This document shows positions 1 through 10,423 of a stretch of DNA of 64,000 nucleotides, piece by piece (position 1 is the stretch's first letter; each line of letters starts with the position of its first letter). Source of the stretch: a virus; IMG/VR virus record IMGVR_UViG_3300033233_000004, positions 64,001 to 128,000 of that record. One strand, written 5' to 3'. The translations under genes and the position numbers were made by a program. The notes under the pieces are model-generated. The model saw only the letters and a list, made by a program, of their open reading frames with translations. It did no database searches and had not been told where the DNA came from.

Positions 1-536
1 GTCGATGGAAAATCCAATTCGGCACGAAGTTTGTTGAACGCCTCATGTCCAGCTTTACGTTCCTGAATGGAAAACATATATTTACGTTTCGTATAATCCT
101 CATCAACAGAGTAATTGAACACAGACTTATCTATGAAAGGAGTAACAATATACCAATCATTATCTGCTAAATGTGGCACCGCCAATCGGTTAAAATCATT
201 ACTGAACCAAAGCGTAATACCATGGTATAAATTAGCCCTATTAACAAAAACCTCACCTTGAATGTAACTCACTTTATGATAAAAACCTGAACGTAATAAT
301 GGCTCAACATCTTCCCATCCGACAATAACATCTTTTTTCTTATCAGCCATCCGATGCATATCTACGGTCGTGATATGTCGAACATTATAGGCAAACCATG
401 TAGGAACCTTAAGGATATCGTCATAAACAATGAACGAGTCATATCCAAGTTCACGTTCTAACTGACAAAGTTGATAATGAACCTTGATACCACCAGATGG
501 AATCAAATTTTTTGGAAGTATATGAAAGATTTTCAT
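1..536 (-). CDS. glycosyltransferase-like protein (GT-B/GT4-like N-terminus), partial, runs off the window start
   Basis: Hand translation from ATG 536 gives MKIFHILPKNLIPSGGIKVHYQLC..., a typical GT-B 'SGG' start; open to position 1; next to three other GTs. Confidence 0.6.
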   Translation of the reverse strand, partial: MKIFHILPKNLIPSGGIKVHYQLCQLERELGYDSFIVYDDILKVPTWFAYNVRHITTVDMHRMADKKKDVIVGWEDVEPLLRSGFYHKVSYIQGEVFVNRANLYHGITLWFSNDFNRLAVPHLADNDWYIVTPFIDKSVFNYSVDEDYTKRKYMFSIQERKAGHEAFNKLRAELDFPS

Positions 537-558
537 ACTGGAACTCCAAACAATTTAA

Positions 559-687
559 TTAAACGAGAAGAATGTTGTTACAAGAACATAAACATAGCCA
601 TACAACAGTACCTCTTCTCCGACCAACATCTTTAAGCACCACAAGATTACCAAATTTATGTCCTGTTAAGTCTTTATACCTACCCAC
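559..687 (-). pseudogene. N-terminal remnant of an HNH-type homing endonuclease
   Basis: (V)GRYKDLTGHKFGNLVVLKDVGRRRGTVVWLCLCSC then stop; matches the N-terminus of the intact HNH genes at 23763 and 39445. Confidence 0.6.
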
Positions 688-2623
688 TAAACATCACCTC
701 ACTTAACTGTTTTCCAACTGGAATAATATCATAATTCAATGCTTTTAGTCGTGCCTTCTCACCTTTAACTTTGACTTCTTCTGGATGTTCAAAAGCATGT
801 CTCATCAAAACACGTAAGTGTTCAATATCAGGACAACTCCACTTCGCACCAATATAATTTCTAAAATACGGAAGCACTTGAAGTGGCATGTCTTCCAAGC
901 GATAACTTAATGGATAACCCACCTCATCACTTATGAAATCCGTCATACCAGAATAATTCGTTGCAATTACTGGTATCCCACAAGCTCCCGCCTCAATTAA
1001 AAAATTACCAAACCCCTCTGCTCGTGAAGGAAAAATTCCACACTGGTGTGCCGTTATCATCTGAGGTACCATAGTCGGATGGAATGAGTTGGAAGTCAAA
1101 TAAATAGGAGCATGCGGCAACTCTCTACCACCAAGAACATTATTCCTCAACCACGTCTGAGCATCCAATCTTTGCTGTTGTAAAATATAGAACAAACTCA
1201 ACATATGAACAGAGAAAAATACGTCTTCATCAGGTTTAAATTCAGTAATAAATGCACGAAGAGCCAACTCCACACTCTTACGTTCTCCATAAGCACCCAT
1301 CATCAAGAATCCAAACTTACGACGCTTTTCAATAATCAATGGAATACGAGTTGGGTTGTAAATCTTGGTATCAATTGGATTTGGAATGATATCAATAGGA
1401 GTAGTAACACCACGCTCTATCAACAAATTCTGACAAAAAGTACTATTTGTTACCACATTGTCTACATGATTCAATTGGTCTACCCAACCATTGTGAGGTC
1501 GAGTGCCCTCAAACGTAGTATGCGCTATCCTTTTTAACCCCGGTGGCATTAAATATTGATGGTCTCCTTCTGAAGAACGCATAACGACTCTATTCCAATA
1601 ATCATTGGGTTTCTTAATCATTTCTTGTATTTCAAAATCATCCATATTCATCGGTTGATGATATTCTTCAGGAGCAATAGATACATCAACACCATTTCGT
1701 TTCAAACCCTTGGCAAGATTACGAAGAACTATGGAAAATGACCAATCACCATAGATTTTCCCTGTGATAAGAGCCTTCTTGTCACTGGTAGGCACATACT
1801 CTGACGCTGGACGATCATGCTTGAGATAGTACTTCTGCTGTTGAGCACGAGACAATTGACTTACCTTGTCTACACCACCAAAAACTTCATTGGAAGTCTT
1901 ATTTTCGTAATGAATTGTCTTAGCAGTAGGAATATAGAAAGTACGATAACCATATTTACGAGCAATAGTACAAAAATCTACTTCTTCAAAATAAGCAGGA
2001 TTGAACAACTCATCAAAACCCTGCATTACTTGTAAACATTCCTTAGTAATATAAAATAATGCGCCTGTAACATATTCCTGTTCTTCAGGATTGACTTCAA
2101 CAAAATCCTTATCCATAACGCCAGCTAATTTATGCTGCCCCCATCCATACACGTTGATAAAAGCTCCTCCATGTTGGATTCTTCCATCTGGAAAGAGTAA
2201 ACGCCCGCCAAGAATACCTATTTTATTAGCCCTATTCTTATCAGCAAAATTTACAAGTTCCTCAATACAATTGGAATACAACTCCATATCATTATTAGTA
2301 ACAAGAACGTCTGCATCAGGGTAATACTTTCTTACAATAGAAATACCATCATTACATCCACCAGCGTACCCACGATTCTCTTTGTTTAATACAAGACCTA
2401 ATGATATATTATGTGATATAATACTCATATATCCAGTATCATCTATAGCACACTTATCTCTCAAATATGTATCAGATATCCACTCTCGTGTTCCATCCGT
2501 AGAACCATTATCTACAATAACAACTGAGAAATCTTTGAAAGTTTGTCGTTCAAGACTTTTCAAAAAGAGTTTGGTGTAAAAGAGGTTGTTTATTACAGGC
2601 GTTACAACGATAACTTTAGGCAT
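680..2623 (-). CDS. bifunctional GT2 + GT4 glycosyltransferase
   Basis: GT2 motifs VDNGSTDGT, NRGYAGGCN, NND, YFEEVDF; C-terminal GT4 motif PSRAEGFGNFLIEAGACGIPVIAT. Confidence 0.9.
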   Translation of the reverse strand: MPKVIVVTPVINNLFYTKLFLKSLERQTFKDFSVVIVDNGSTDGTREWISDTYLRDKCAIDDTGYMSIISHNISLGLVLNKENRGYAGGCNDGISIVRKYYPDADVLVTNNDMELYSNCIEELVNFADKNRANKIGILGGRLLFPDGRIQHGGAFINVYGWGQHKLAGVMDKDFVEVNPEEQEYVTGALFYITKECLQVMQGFDELFNPAYFEEVDFCTIARKYGYRTFYIPTAKTIHYENKTSNEVFGGVDKVSQLSRAQQQKYYLKHDRPASEYVPTSDKKALITGKIYGDWSFSIVLRNLAKGLKRNGVDVSIAPEEYHQPMNMDDFEIQEMIKKPNDYWNRVVMRSSEGDHQYLMPPGLKRIAHTTFEGTRPHNGWVDQLNHVDNVVTNSTFCQNLLIERGVTTPIDIIPNPIDTKIYNPTRIPLIIEKRRKFGFLMMGAYGERKSVELALRAFITEFKPDEDVFFSVHMLSLFYILQQQRLDAQTWLRNNVLGGRELPHAPIYLTSNSFHPTMVPQMITAHQCGIFPSRAEGFGNFLIEAGACGIPVIATNYSGMTDFISDEVGYPLSYRLEDMPLQVLPYFRNYIGAKWSCPDIEHLRVLMRHAFEHPEEVKVKGEKARLKALNYDIIPVGKQLSEVMFSG

Positions 2624-2672
2624 GTGTATCCTCTTTCAGATAATACGACGAGCAGATAATGAAGTACTCGTA

Positions 2673-5114
2673 TCAAACGACAATTCTCCCGACCTGCGCA
2701 ATGTTAGTATTAGTCACAGTAAGAATGTTCTGCATTGCTTCATTCAAAATAACCGAAGCTCGTTCCAACGACCAGTTCTGACGAATGTCTTTACCGAGGG
2801 CTTCTGCTCGTTGTTTGGCAATTTTGTAACCATCGTGACATCTCTTAAGACGATTCTTTGCCTTTTCAAAGTCAGGATATGCCCATGTTTGACCTTGACC
2901 AAGAAGTTCTGGCATCCACATCGCTGGTGGAACCTGTCCCATTTGAAACTCAACAATATTTACCAAATCCTTATTGATAAAATCCATATGTCCAGAATAA
3001 CCAGTAACAATAATTGGAAGATCACATGCAGCAGCTTCTGCCAAAGGACGACAATTATGAACAACATAATCCTCTGTGCAATAAGTCTCGTCCTCATCCA
3101 CAGATATATTGTATACAACCTCATCAGCAATCTTAGTCTGAATCTCTTTAATAGTAAACTCCGAATAATCAGATATCAATATACTATCCTTCCTAAAATT
3201 CATCGCCGCGTTGTAGTCCATGGGTACATCAACTCCATCAACAATATTTTTAACTTTATCCACATCTTCCCCATATATACACACACGATATCCAACATTA
3301 TCAGTTGAAAACCCTTGCTTTGATGTACGAGAATACATGTTACTTCTCACACCAAATGTCCTCAACAAAAGTCGAACGTGCTGCGCAAGTCCTTTTGAAA
3401 TTGACGAATATTCAAAAGACTTCTGATTAGTGCTAAAACCACCATCCCCCCTTAATAAGCCACACAGCAAACCAAGACGAAATTCCTTTGATCCGAATAA
3501 CAAGTCTGGATGAATATCCTTATTTTTAGCACCTGTACCAAACAACGATAACAAAAAATCGGCAAGCACTGGCGACGATACAAATACTTTATTTACAAAC
3601 TTATCAATAGGTTTATGAATAGATATAGATTCTGTATTAACTAAAAACTCGGATTTTAATATAAACAACACATCATCAACATACTTATCTTCATCTTGAG
3701 AAAACGTAAACCCTACAGTACCGCCATCTGTAGAGTGCCCTTCTGCAAGATAATAACCAAATAATCTACCGACGTTAGCATTCGTATTGACAAGATTTGA
3801 TATTACATTGTCCGAAGACGATTGAAAAATATTTTTTGATTTTGTCTCAAACATTTTACCTATCTTACCATTATCTACAAAGTAACAATTATGATTTGTA
3901 TTAACATAATTGGAAACCCTAAGTAAAATATTGTTAAACCCACGGGAATTAACCCAGAACTTAGGCATAAGTAATTTATCATCCTGTAATACATCTTTGG
4001 CTTCTTTCCATTGTATGGTAGAGTGGCGGTGAATCAATACTGGATGTTCAGGAGTAATCCACGATTCATTTGCTCTATTTGTAGAATTTGTAATAAATCT
4101 ATACATATTACCGTAATAGTGTCGAGTCATTAACTTCTTAACCATTCGTAACCGTCCATTACGAGTTACAACACTATCCATTTCTGTAATTGATTTTATA
4201 GGCTTCAAACCACTATCTGTTATTATATTAGTTTCACCATTAAAACAATACCCTTCTCCATGAGTCAATAATACAGAAGCCTTAATTTGAGGATGATGAT
4301 ACAATTCTGCCAACTCCTTCTCGGTTAAAGTACCATGGACAAAGTGTACTCGACCAGCAGCCTTTGTGCCCAAAACTTCACTCATTCTTTCAATAAGAGC
4401 ATATTTGTCAGGTGAAGAGTTATTATGAAGATAAGTTTTCACAACTATACCGACCTCTGGATTGTCGGGAAAAGCATCCAAAACGGCAAGAATAGTAAGA
4501 GGTATATTCTTACGGTCTTCGCCAACATTACCCGGAAGCCATTGTCCAACAGTCAAAAAATTGAATGTAGTTGGAAAAGAAAAGGTAGGTGTAGGTATAA
4601 CAACTTCCGTTTCAGGTTCTTCTGCCAATTTATTAATCTTGAAAGGATTAATATCATTGAATACCTTCGTATCAACACCCTCCGGCACTACATACACGGG
4701 AACAGTAACACCACAACCTATCAAACGGTCTTTAACAAAGGTCGATGGTACAATAATAGCATTCATTTGATTGCAATATGCAGCCCACTTCGCTGGATAC
4801 TGCTCAACTTCAAGACCGGCAGTAATTCCGATGTTGCAGGTGTTAGATGCTCTCTTAAACTCGTGTGGTACACCCATTTGTACCCATGCAAACTCAGAAC
4901 CATCTGAGATGCGATTATTGCACATGAATACCAATGCATCATCTACATCTTTGGCTGGCTGTATGGTACTCGACCCACCCCATCCGGTTGGAATAATTGA
5001 GATATTGAAGTTGCCACTATTAAAAAGTCCCATAACAATGTCACGAGCATGACATCCGTATCCACTAAGAGAAAACACAGGCATCTGGCATATCAAATTC
5101 TTTCTTTCCATCAT
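2673..5114 (-). CDS. GT4 glycosyltransferase containing an intein (about 415 aa after splicing)
   Basis: SGYG N-terminus, RKN motif, THGEGY|intein|CRPLAEAAACDLPII. Confidence 0.9.
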   Translation of the reverse strand: MMERKNLICQMPVFSLSGYGCHARDIVMGLFNSGNFNISIIPTGWGGSSTIQPAKDVDDALVFMCNNRISDGSEFAWVQMGVPHEFKRASNTCNIGITAGLEVEQYPAKWAAYCNQMNAIIVPSTFVKDRLIGCGVTVPVYVVPEGVDTKVFNDINPFKINKLAEEPETEVVIPTPTFSFPTTFNFLTVGQWLPGNVGEDRKNIPLTILAVLDAFPDNPEVGIVVKTYLHNNSSPDKYALIERMSEVLGTKAAGRVHFVHGTLTEKELAELYHHPQIKASVLLTHGEGYCFNGETNIITDSGLKPIKSITEMDSVVTRNGRLRMVKKLMTRHYYGNMYRFITNSTNRANESWITPEHPVLIHRHSTIQWKEAKDVLQDDKLLMPKFWVNSRGFNNILLRVSNYVNTNHNCYFVDNGKIGKMFETKSKNIFQSSSDNVISNLVNTNANVGRLFGYYLAEGHSTDGGTVGFTFSQDEDKYVDDVLFILKSEFLVNTESISIHKPIDKFVNKVFVSSPVLADFLLSLFGTGAKNKDIHPDLLFGSKEFRLGLLCGLLRGDGGFSTNQKSFEYSSISKGLAQHVRLLLRTFGVRSNMYSRTSKQGFSTDNVGYRVCIYGEDVDKVKNIVDGVDVPMDYNAAMNFRKDSILISDYSEFTIKEIQTKIADEVVYNISVDEDETYCTEDYVVHNCRPLAEAAACDLPIIVTGYSGHMDFINKDLVNIVEFQMGQVPPAMWMPELLGQGQTWAYPDFEKAKNRLKRCHDGYKIAKQRAEALGKDIRQNWSLERASVILNEAMQNILTVTNTNIAQVGRIVV
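3054..4247 (-). mobile_element. intein (398 aa) with LAGLIDADG endonuclease
   Basis: Block A CFNGET, block B ITPEHP, LAGLIDADG motifs GYYLAEG and GLLRGDG, block F/G VYNISV...VVHN followed by Cys+1. Confidence 0.93.
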
Positions 5115-5128
5115 AATTAAATACTCCT

Positions 5129-6364
5129 TTACATTGTAGTAACAGTATAACGTTTGAACTTTGAAGGCATGACAACAGTTTCTTTTAGAATCTTATCCCA
5201 TGCTGCAACCGTTCTATTTATATGATAATTTTGTATAATATGTTCACGACCCGCCAGACCAAGCTCCTTAAGCTTTCCAGTTTGTTTCATCTGATATGCT
5301 TGTTCAAGAGCTTCCTCAACTGCTTCAATAGAAGTAAAATCTTGAAATATATAGGGGTTTCCAACTAATCCAAAAATGGTTCTTACTGTTGGTTTCAACA
5401 AAAGTCCAAACTCTTGTTTACCATCAGTCATTTGCTCAGTAAGTCCACCTGTTGCTACTGCAATATTGGGTGTACCTGCAAGAAGTGATTCCATACAAGA
5501 CAAACCAAAACCTTCGTTTATCGCAATATTCATAGTCACATCAGAAACATTGTAGAACTTGTTCAAGTCCGAAGAAGTAACCTTGTTTTGGTTAATAATA
5601 ATAGGTGCTGCATTGGGTTCAACTTGTTTGAGAAGCATGCCCAAATCATTTCCATCACGGTCAACAGCAACGGTGTTCATAATGAGAGCGGACTTCGGAT
5701 GTTTCGTCCAAAATCGACGGAAAGCAAGAATGACATCAGAAGTACGTTTCCGAGGAATATTACGATTATTATAAAGCACTACAAAGTCTGGTTTCTCTGG
5801 AAGGTTCTTAAACATAATATCTTTTGCAGCTTCTACTTCTTGTGGTTCCAATGGATAAAACTCAGAAGGGTCTCCACCATGTGGAGCAAAATCTACATCA
5901 ACACCACCGTTTTTCATCAACTCATAAGAAAAACGAGAGAGCATAACAATACGGTCACACGCAGCATACCACGTCTTGTTGAATGCAGGAAATGGTTCAT
6001 TATCCCACGTATGATAAAATACGAATTTGGTAAATGGACGAATCTCATTATCCAAAGTAAAAGCGTATACAAAAAATCGAGGGTCGGAAAAGAATACTGT
6101 AACATCAGGACGCTCTCTTTGAATAACCGCCTTCAACAAATTTGGGTCTCCATATCCATTACTACAGGGATACAGACGAATACCTTCAAATGTAGTTGGA
6201 TTTGGATTTTGTGGTATCAAAGAACCAGCAATGGAAACAATTTCGTATTCGCCGGTCTTGAGTAAACCTTTCATAAGCATATACGCCTGTATTGCAACAC
6301 CAGATTTTAGTCTTATATCATCCGTAACAAAAAGAATTTTGTATCTACGCATACGTAGCCCCAC
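5129..6364 (-). CDS. GT4 glycosyltransferase
   Basis: KILFVTD..SGVA, RNIPRKR, NEGFGLSCMESLLAGTP; true start probably ATG 6352. Confidence 0.9.
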   Translation of the reverse strand: MGLRMRRYKILFVTDDIRLKSGVAIQAYMLMKGLLKTGEYEIVSIAGSLIPQNPNPTTFEGIRLYPCSNGYGDPNLLKAVIQRERPDVTVFFSDPRFFVYAFTLDNEIRPFTKFVFYHTWDNEPFPAFNKTWYAACDRIVMLSRFSYELMKNGGVDVDFAPHGGDPSEFYPLEPQEVEAAKDIMFKNLPEKPDFVVLYNNRNIPRKRTSDVILAFRRFWTKHPKSALIMNTVAVDRDGNDLGMLLKQVEPNAAPIIINQNKVTSSDLNKFYNVSDVTMNIAINEGFGLSCMESLLAGTPNIAVATGGLTEQMTDGKQEFGLLLKPTVRTIFGLVGNPYIFQDFTSIEAVEEALEQAYQMKQTGKLKELGLAGREHIIQNYHINRTVAAWDKILKETVVMPSKFKRYTVTTM

Positions 6365-6528
6365 TATTTGTAATAATAATTAGAAATAACAGAAGAAATA
6401 TCTTTAATACGTCGTCCAAAATGATTATTTAATGTATCAACTACTGCTCGCATTATTCCTTACCTCTATATCAAATTGTTGAAAGCCTTTTTCTATTGCT
6501 TGTTCCATATGCAGAAAGTTTATATTCA

Positions 6529-7029
6529 TTAAGATTTACCATATCTGCGTCTCTTTTGTTGTTTTACAGGTTTAATAACGTCTTGAATAGTAAAATGATG
6601 TGGCTTTATATCAGCATATAAAATCTTAAGCCGTTTAACATCTTTCGTTAAATAGTTAATAGTATTTCTATAATTAACTGGATACAGACGGTCATCTATA
6701 AGTTTACCAGCCTCTTTAGCATCTATAAGAATAGCAATACATGCCAACACATGTCCCAAATGATGAACGCCGGAATCAGGAGCAAAATCTTCACCTTCAA
6801 GCCATGCATCCAAATGTCTACGAGCAGCATCATAATATATGGATGCTCGTACACCAGCAATACGCCAATTAGTACGACCATATTTTAGCATACCTTCAAG
6901 AAGACCAAGAACACCATACATTGTTGCCGTATTAGGCCAAAGATGGAGTGGCATCTTATCACTACCAATAATATCTTTTGGATTTGTTGGTTTAAGATTA
7001 GGTATTGCCTTAATGTTTTTCTTAATCAT
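6529..7029 (-). CDS. dATP/dGTP diphosphohydrolase domain protein (DUF5664-like)
   Basis: NPKD..G..K, GMLKYGRTNWR, YYDAARRHL.AW.EGED..PDSGVHHLGH. Confidence 0.8.
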   Translation of the reverse strand: MIKKNIKAIPNLKPTNPKDIIGSDKMPLHLWPNTATMYGVLGLLEGMLKYGRTNWRIAGVRASIYYDAARRHLDAWLEGEDFAPDSGVHHLGHVLACIAILIDAKEAGKLIDDRLYPVNYRNTINYLTKDVKRLKILYADIKPHHFTIQDVIKPVKQQKRRRYGKS

Positions 7030-7337
7030 ATATATTGTCCAAAAAGTTTTCTGAAAAATGATTCAAAAGTATTGGAATAATAAGTACCAAGCCAAAGACC
7101 TACCAACCATATCAATGAAACATAGAAGTTAACAATGATACCTTCAACCAAAAAGATTGAACACAAACCTATACCAACTGACCAGAAAGCAGCTTCTCGT
7201 AAGAGAAGCTTGCGCTTGAGAGAATCTTGTGTACGTTTACATTCAGATAATTTCTGAATGTAAATTGCCCACATGAAATCGGTAACGATTCCAGAAATAA
7301 AAAGTGTTATTGCGAGTAACCAGAGATTCATTGACAT
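7026..7337 (-). CDS. small membrane protein
   Basis: About three hydrophobic segments; ATGA overlap with the downstream gene. Confidence 0.6.
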   Translation of the reverse strand: MSMNLWLLAITLFISGIVTDFMWAIYIQKLSECKRTQDSLKRKLLLREAAFWSVGIGLCSIFLVEGIIVNFYVSLIWLVGLWLGTYYSNTFESFFRKLFGQYI

Positions 7338-7829
7338 GCGCTGGATTTTGATACATTAAAAAGTTTAGACAAAGAAGGTAGATACTTACTAAATTGAAAG
7401 TCTATATCTCGACAAGTGTTAACTAACATTCTCACAATCGTATAACCATGTTGTAAGGCAATACTGTCTTTCAAAGAATCAATTTGTTTAGTAGTTTTAT
7501 GCCAGTACGGTCTATTGACAATTCACGAGATAAGCAACCACAAGACTTAGTTATTTGTGATGTAAGGCTGTGACCTCTTACATCCTTTATCCTTCCACAA
7601 TCACAAAGACATCTCCAACTTGAAAATGATTTTGTATTGCTATTTCTTTACGTAGACAACCACAACTATTTGTATTACCAGAAGCCAATGCACCAGCTAC
7701 AACATATGCAACATTACCACAAATACATTGACATTGCCATAAAAGACCACCACGACGACGACCCACAATAGAAATAGCAGTTAGTCGTCCAAAAGTTTGT
7801 CCTATTAAATTAAGTGGGATTTTTGACGT
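7330..7829 (-). pseudogene. frameshifted homing endonuclease remnant
   Basis: Start mutated to ACG; NLIGQTFGRL..WQCQCICG..SCGC, second repeat WRCLCDCG..KSCGC in another frame, then YWH..DSLKDSIALQHGYTIVR in a third. Confidence 0.7.
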
Positions 7830-8568
7830 ATTCGGAATGTGCTATAAAATAACGAAGTATACGAAAGTAAATATTAGCATCACTATCAATATAAACATTT
7901 TTATTGTCAAATGCAAGTCTTTCAACAAAATAATTCAACATACATTCATCTCGCCACTTCTTCATACGCTCAAAGTATCGAATCTTAAGCCACGCTGGTG
8001 ACCATTGAGCATTATAGGTTTTAGAGAACAATCCATCGAGCATATCTCGTAACATAGCATCTGATACCTGAAAAAGGTCATAATGAGATTTTGGAAGTTT
8101 AAATTTGCCATTCCATTGAACAATACGAACAAGAATAGACATTCTATAAGCTTCAAACTCACTTTCCAGTCTATAAATAGGAGCTACTGGTAATGTCAAA
8201 AGAAAACCTATTACTCCACAAAACCAAAATAGCAATCCAAATTCACTAATACCTATTATACAAGCAATCAAAAGTAATGCTAATCCAATTGATTCAGGTA
8301 AAGAACCCAATAAATTATGTAACTGGTTATTTCTACGTTGAACCAGATGAACGTATTCATGAGCCAATATCTCATTTATGGTCTCATTAGAGACTCCATT
8401 AAAAGACTTCCTTGAAGGAAACCAGATAGAATTTTTAGAACATGAAATAGTATTTTTATAGTTAAAATTTATAATTTGAAATAACTTCTGTAGAATTGAG
8501 TCATCTTTGAATTTAAGTTTTATTTTTGGAAACTCAACTTGAATTATTGATTTATAAAAATCATTCAT
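7810..8568 (-). CDS. membrane-associated HExxH metallopeptidase-like protein
   Basis: LAHEYVH, two hydrophobic helices, EFEAY; I place the start at ATG 8568 because the first 83 codons of the 8817 ORF look non-coding. Confidence 0.55.
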   Translation of the reverse strand: MNDFYKSIIQVEFPKIKLKFKDDSILQKLFQIINFNYKNTISCSKNSIWFPSRKSFNGVSNETINEILAHEYVHLVQRRNNQLHNLLGSLPESIGLALLLIACIIGISEFGLLFWFCGVIGFLLTLPVAPIYRLESEFEAYRMSILVRIVQWNGKFKLPKSHYDLFQVSDAMLRDMLDGLFSKTYNAQWSPAWLKIRYFERMKKWRDECMLNYFVERLAFDNKNVYIDSDANIYFRILRYFIAHSEYVKNPT

Positions 8569-8892
8569 AACATAATATTCGGTGGTCTTTTTGTTGTTAA
8601 AAACTGTTGGTATATCTATTATTGCTGTCGGGTTGTGTTTTTCAACAACCTGACAGAAAAAATTGAGAGCGAAGCGAACACAAGTCGAATCCCCCCTACC
8701 CCCCTTTTTGCATTGCGTGGACGGGATGGGTAATGCTCCACAGTAGTTTCTGTCACTACTAACACTATTCATACTTGTTTGACCCACAAGCCATAAAGAC
8801 TCTCGTTTTGCTGACATCTGCCTACAGCTTAACTACGGCGGTTAAAAACTAAGTTATGTTTGCATGAAAAATATAGAATTATTAGAAAAGGC

Positions 8893-8921
8893 TTGACTTT
8901 GTAGATAGAAAATTATATATT
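8893..8921 (+). promoter_or_regulatory. sigma70-type promoter for the RNA ligase
   Basis: TTGACT-N17-TATATT; same architecture recurs six times in the window. Confidence 0.7.
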
Positions 8922-8964
8922 GAAGTATGATGAGGACAGGAGTCTCTACATCGAAGATAAAATC

Positions 8965-8993
8965 AATATACACATTTTTTTCATCAATGTCAA
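8965..8993 (-). promoter_or_regulatory. sigma70-type promoter, face to face with the 8893 promoter
   Basis: TTGACA-N17-TATATT. Confidence 0.7.
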
Positions 8994-9017
8994 GTGATAT
9001 GCAGGATATTTTTGAAA

Positions 9018-10160
9018 ATGAATTTTGACACTACCAATTTCAACGTTTCTGAGCAAAATGGTTTACGTCTTATTACCCCTACACGAGAGACTGCCGTATC
9101 TAACTATGCTTGGAAGACCGACAATCTCTGGTTTCGTTCACGTGTTGAGACTCTGGACGGTAAAACTGTTTCTCAAGGCTTCGGTAAATTTTGGAATCTT
9201 GGAATGGGCACACAAGGTTTTATTACAACGGTTGCTGATATAGTTCAAGCTATTACAAAAAATGACGCTGTTGCAACAATCAAAATGGACGGTTCATTAT
9301 TGATTAGAAGTGTTCACGAGGGCAAAATCATGTTACGTACTCGTGGTTCATTCGGTTACGAACATCTTGACAACGGATGGGAAGTTGACCAAATATTTAA
9401 GCAGAAGTATCCACGTCTTTGGGACATTTCACTGTTTAATGGTCTTTCGCTATTAACAGAGTGGACTACTCCCAACAACCCTATAGTTTTAAAGTATCCT
9501 GAACCTGAGCTAACCCTTGTAGGTGCTGTTAATCACTCTACAATGACCTACCTGACACTTTCTGAATTAAAGATAGTCTCGGATGCTGTTGGTATTCCTC
9601 TTGTTGAATGGTACAAGTTAGATTCACGGGGTTTGGAAGACCTCATGACTCGTGTAACAACTGAACAACGCATCGAGGGATGGGTTGTCCGTATTGACAA
9701 CGAACAAACGTTGGTAAAAATCAAATGCGATTCCTACTTAGCTCGTCATAGACTAAAGTCGAATCTTACTACAGACACGTTGGCGGAAATCTGGTTTCAG
9801 CAAGGTTGCCCCTCGTATGTTCAGTTTGTAAAGAATATGACAGAACAGTACGACGAAGAAACGGTCGCTTGGATGTTACCTGTAGTGAGTTTATTGATAG
9901 ATGGTACAAAGGTGTTACAGAATATTGTAACTGTGATTGAAGATAAGGTAAGAGTAGCCAAAGAACAAAATACATCCAGAAAAGATTTCGCTTTAGCTCG
10001 ACTTTCTGAGTATGGTCAAACAAAGAAATTTTCATTAGCTATGAACTTGTTTTCGGGAAAAACAGACAATACTGAGTTACTGAAAGGTATTCTGCTGCAA
10101 AACACTCGTCAAACTGAGCGGGGAATGTTTAGTCGCATGGAACAAAGCGAGGAAAGTTGA
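9018..10160 (+). CDS. T4 Rnl1-like RNA ligase
   Basis: FGKFWN, motif I KMDGSL, TRGS, motif IV EGWVV, motif V LVKIK; start at ATG 9018 within ORF 8994. Confidence 0.85.
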   Translation: MNFDTTNFNVSEQNGLRLITPTRETAVSNYAWKTDNLWFRSRVETLDGKTVSQGFGKFWNLGMGTQGFITTVADIVQAITKNDAVATIKMDGSLLIRSVHEGKIMLRTRGSFGYEHLDNGWEVDQIFKQKYPRLWDISLFNGLSLLTEWTTPNNPIVLKYPEPELTLVGAVNHSTMTYLTLSELKIVSDAVGIPLVEWYKLDSRGLEDLMTRVTTEQRIEGWVVRIDNEQTLVKIKCDSYLARHRLKSNLTTDTLAEIWFQQGCPSYVQFVKNMTEQYDEETVAWMLPVVSLLIDGTKVLQNIVTVIEDKVRVAKEQNTSRKDFALARLSEYGQTKKFSLAMNLFSGKTDNTELLKGILLQNTRQTERGMFSRMEQSEES

Positions 10161-10420
10161 GTTATATTGCCGTAGTTTTCGAAGTACGTCTTGGACAGTA
10201 TCTACTCGAAATCTATATAACGGGTATCCATATTTTAGAGCAAGCTTTTCTTTGATGTCATCATTTAGTATGTCTTTTGGTCTATTATGCCAGTAATGAC
10301 CACCCACCTCAAATAACTTGTCACCTATCTGACCGTCAACACTTTTACCCTCAAGTTTGAACGTCGAATCTGATTACTACTATAACGTGCTTGAACTACG
10401 CGCCGTCCAAAACGTTGGAC
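10161..10420 (-). pseudogene. internally deleted homing endonuclease remnant (Vsr/DUF559-like C-terminus)
   Basis: QRFGRRVV fragment followed in another frame by VDGQIGDKLFEVGGHYWH..DDIKEKLALKYGYPLYR. Confidence 0.6.
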
Positions 10421-10423
10421 GAA

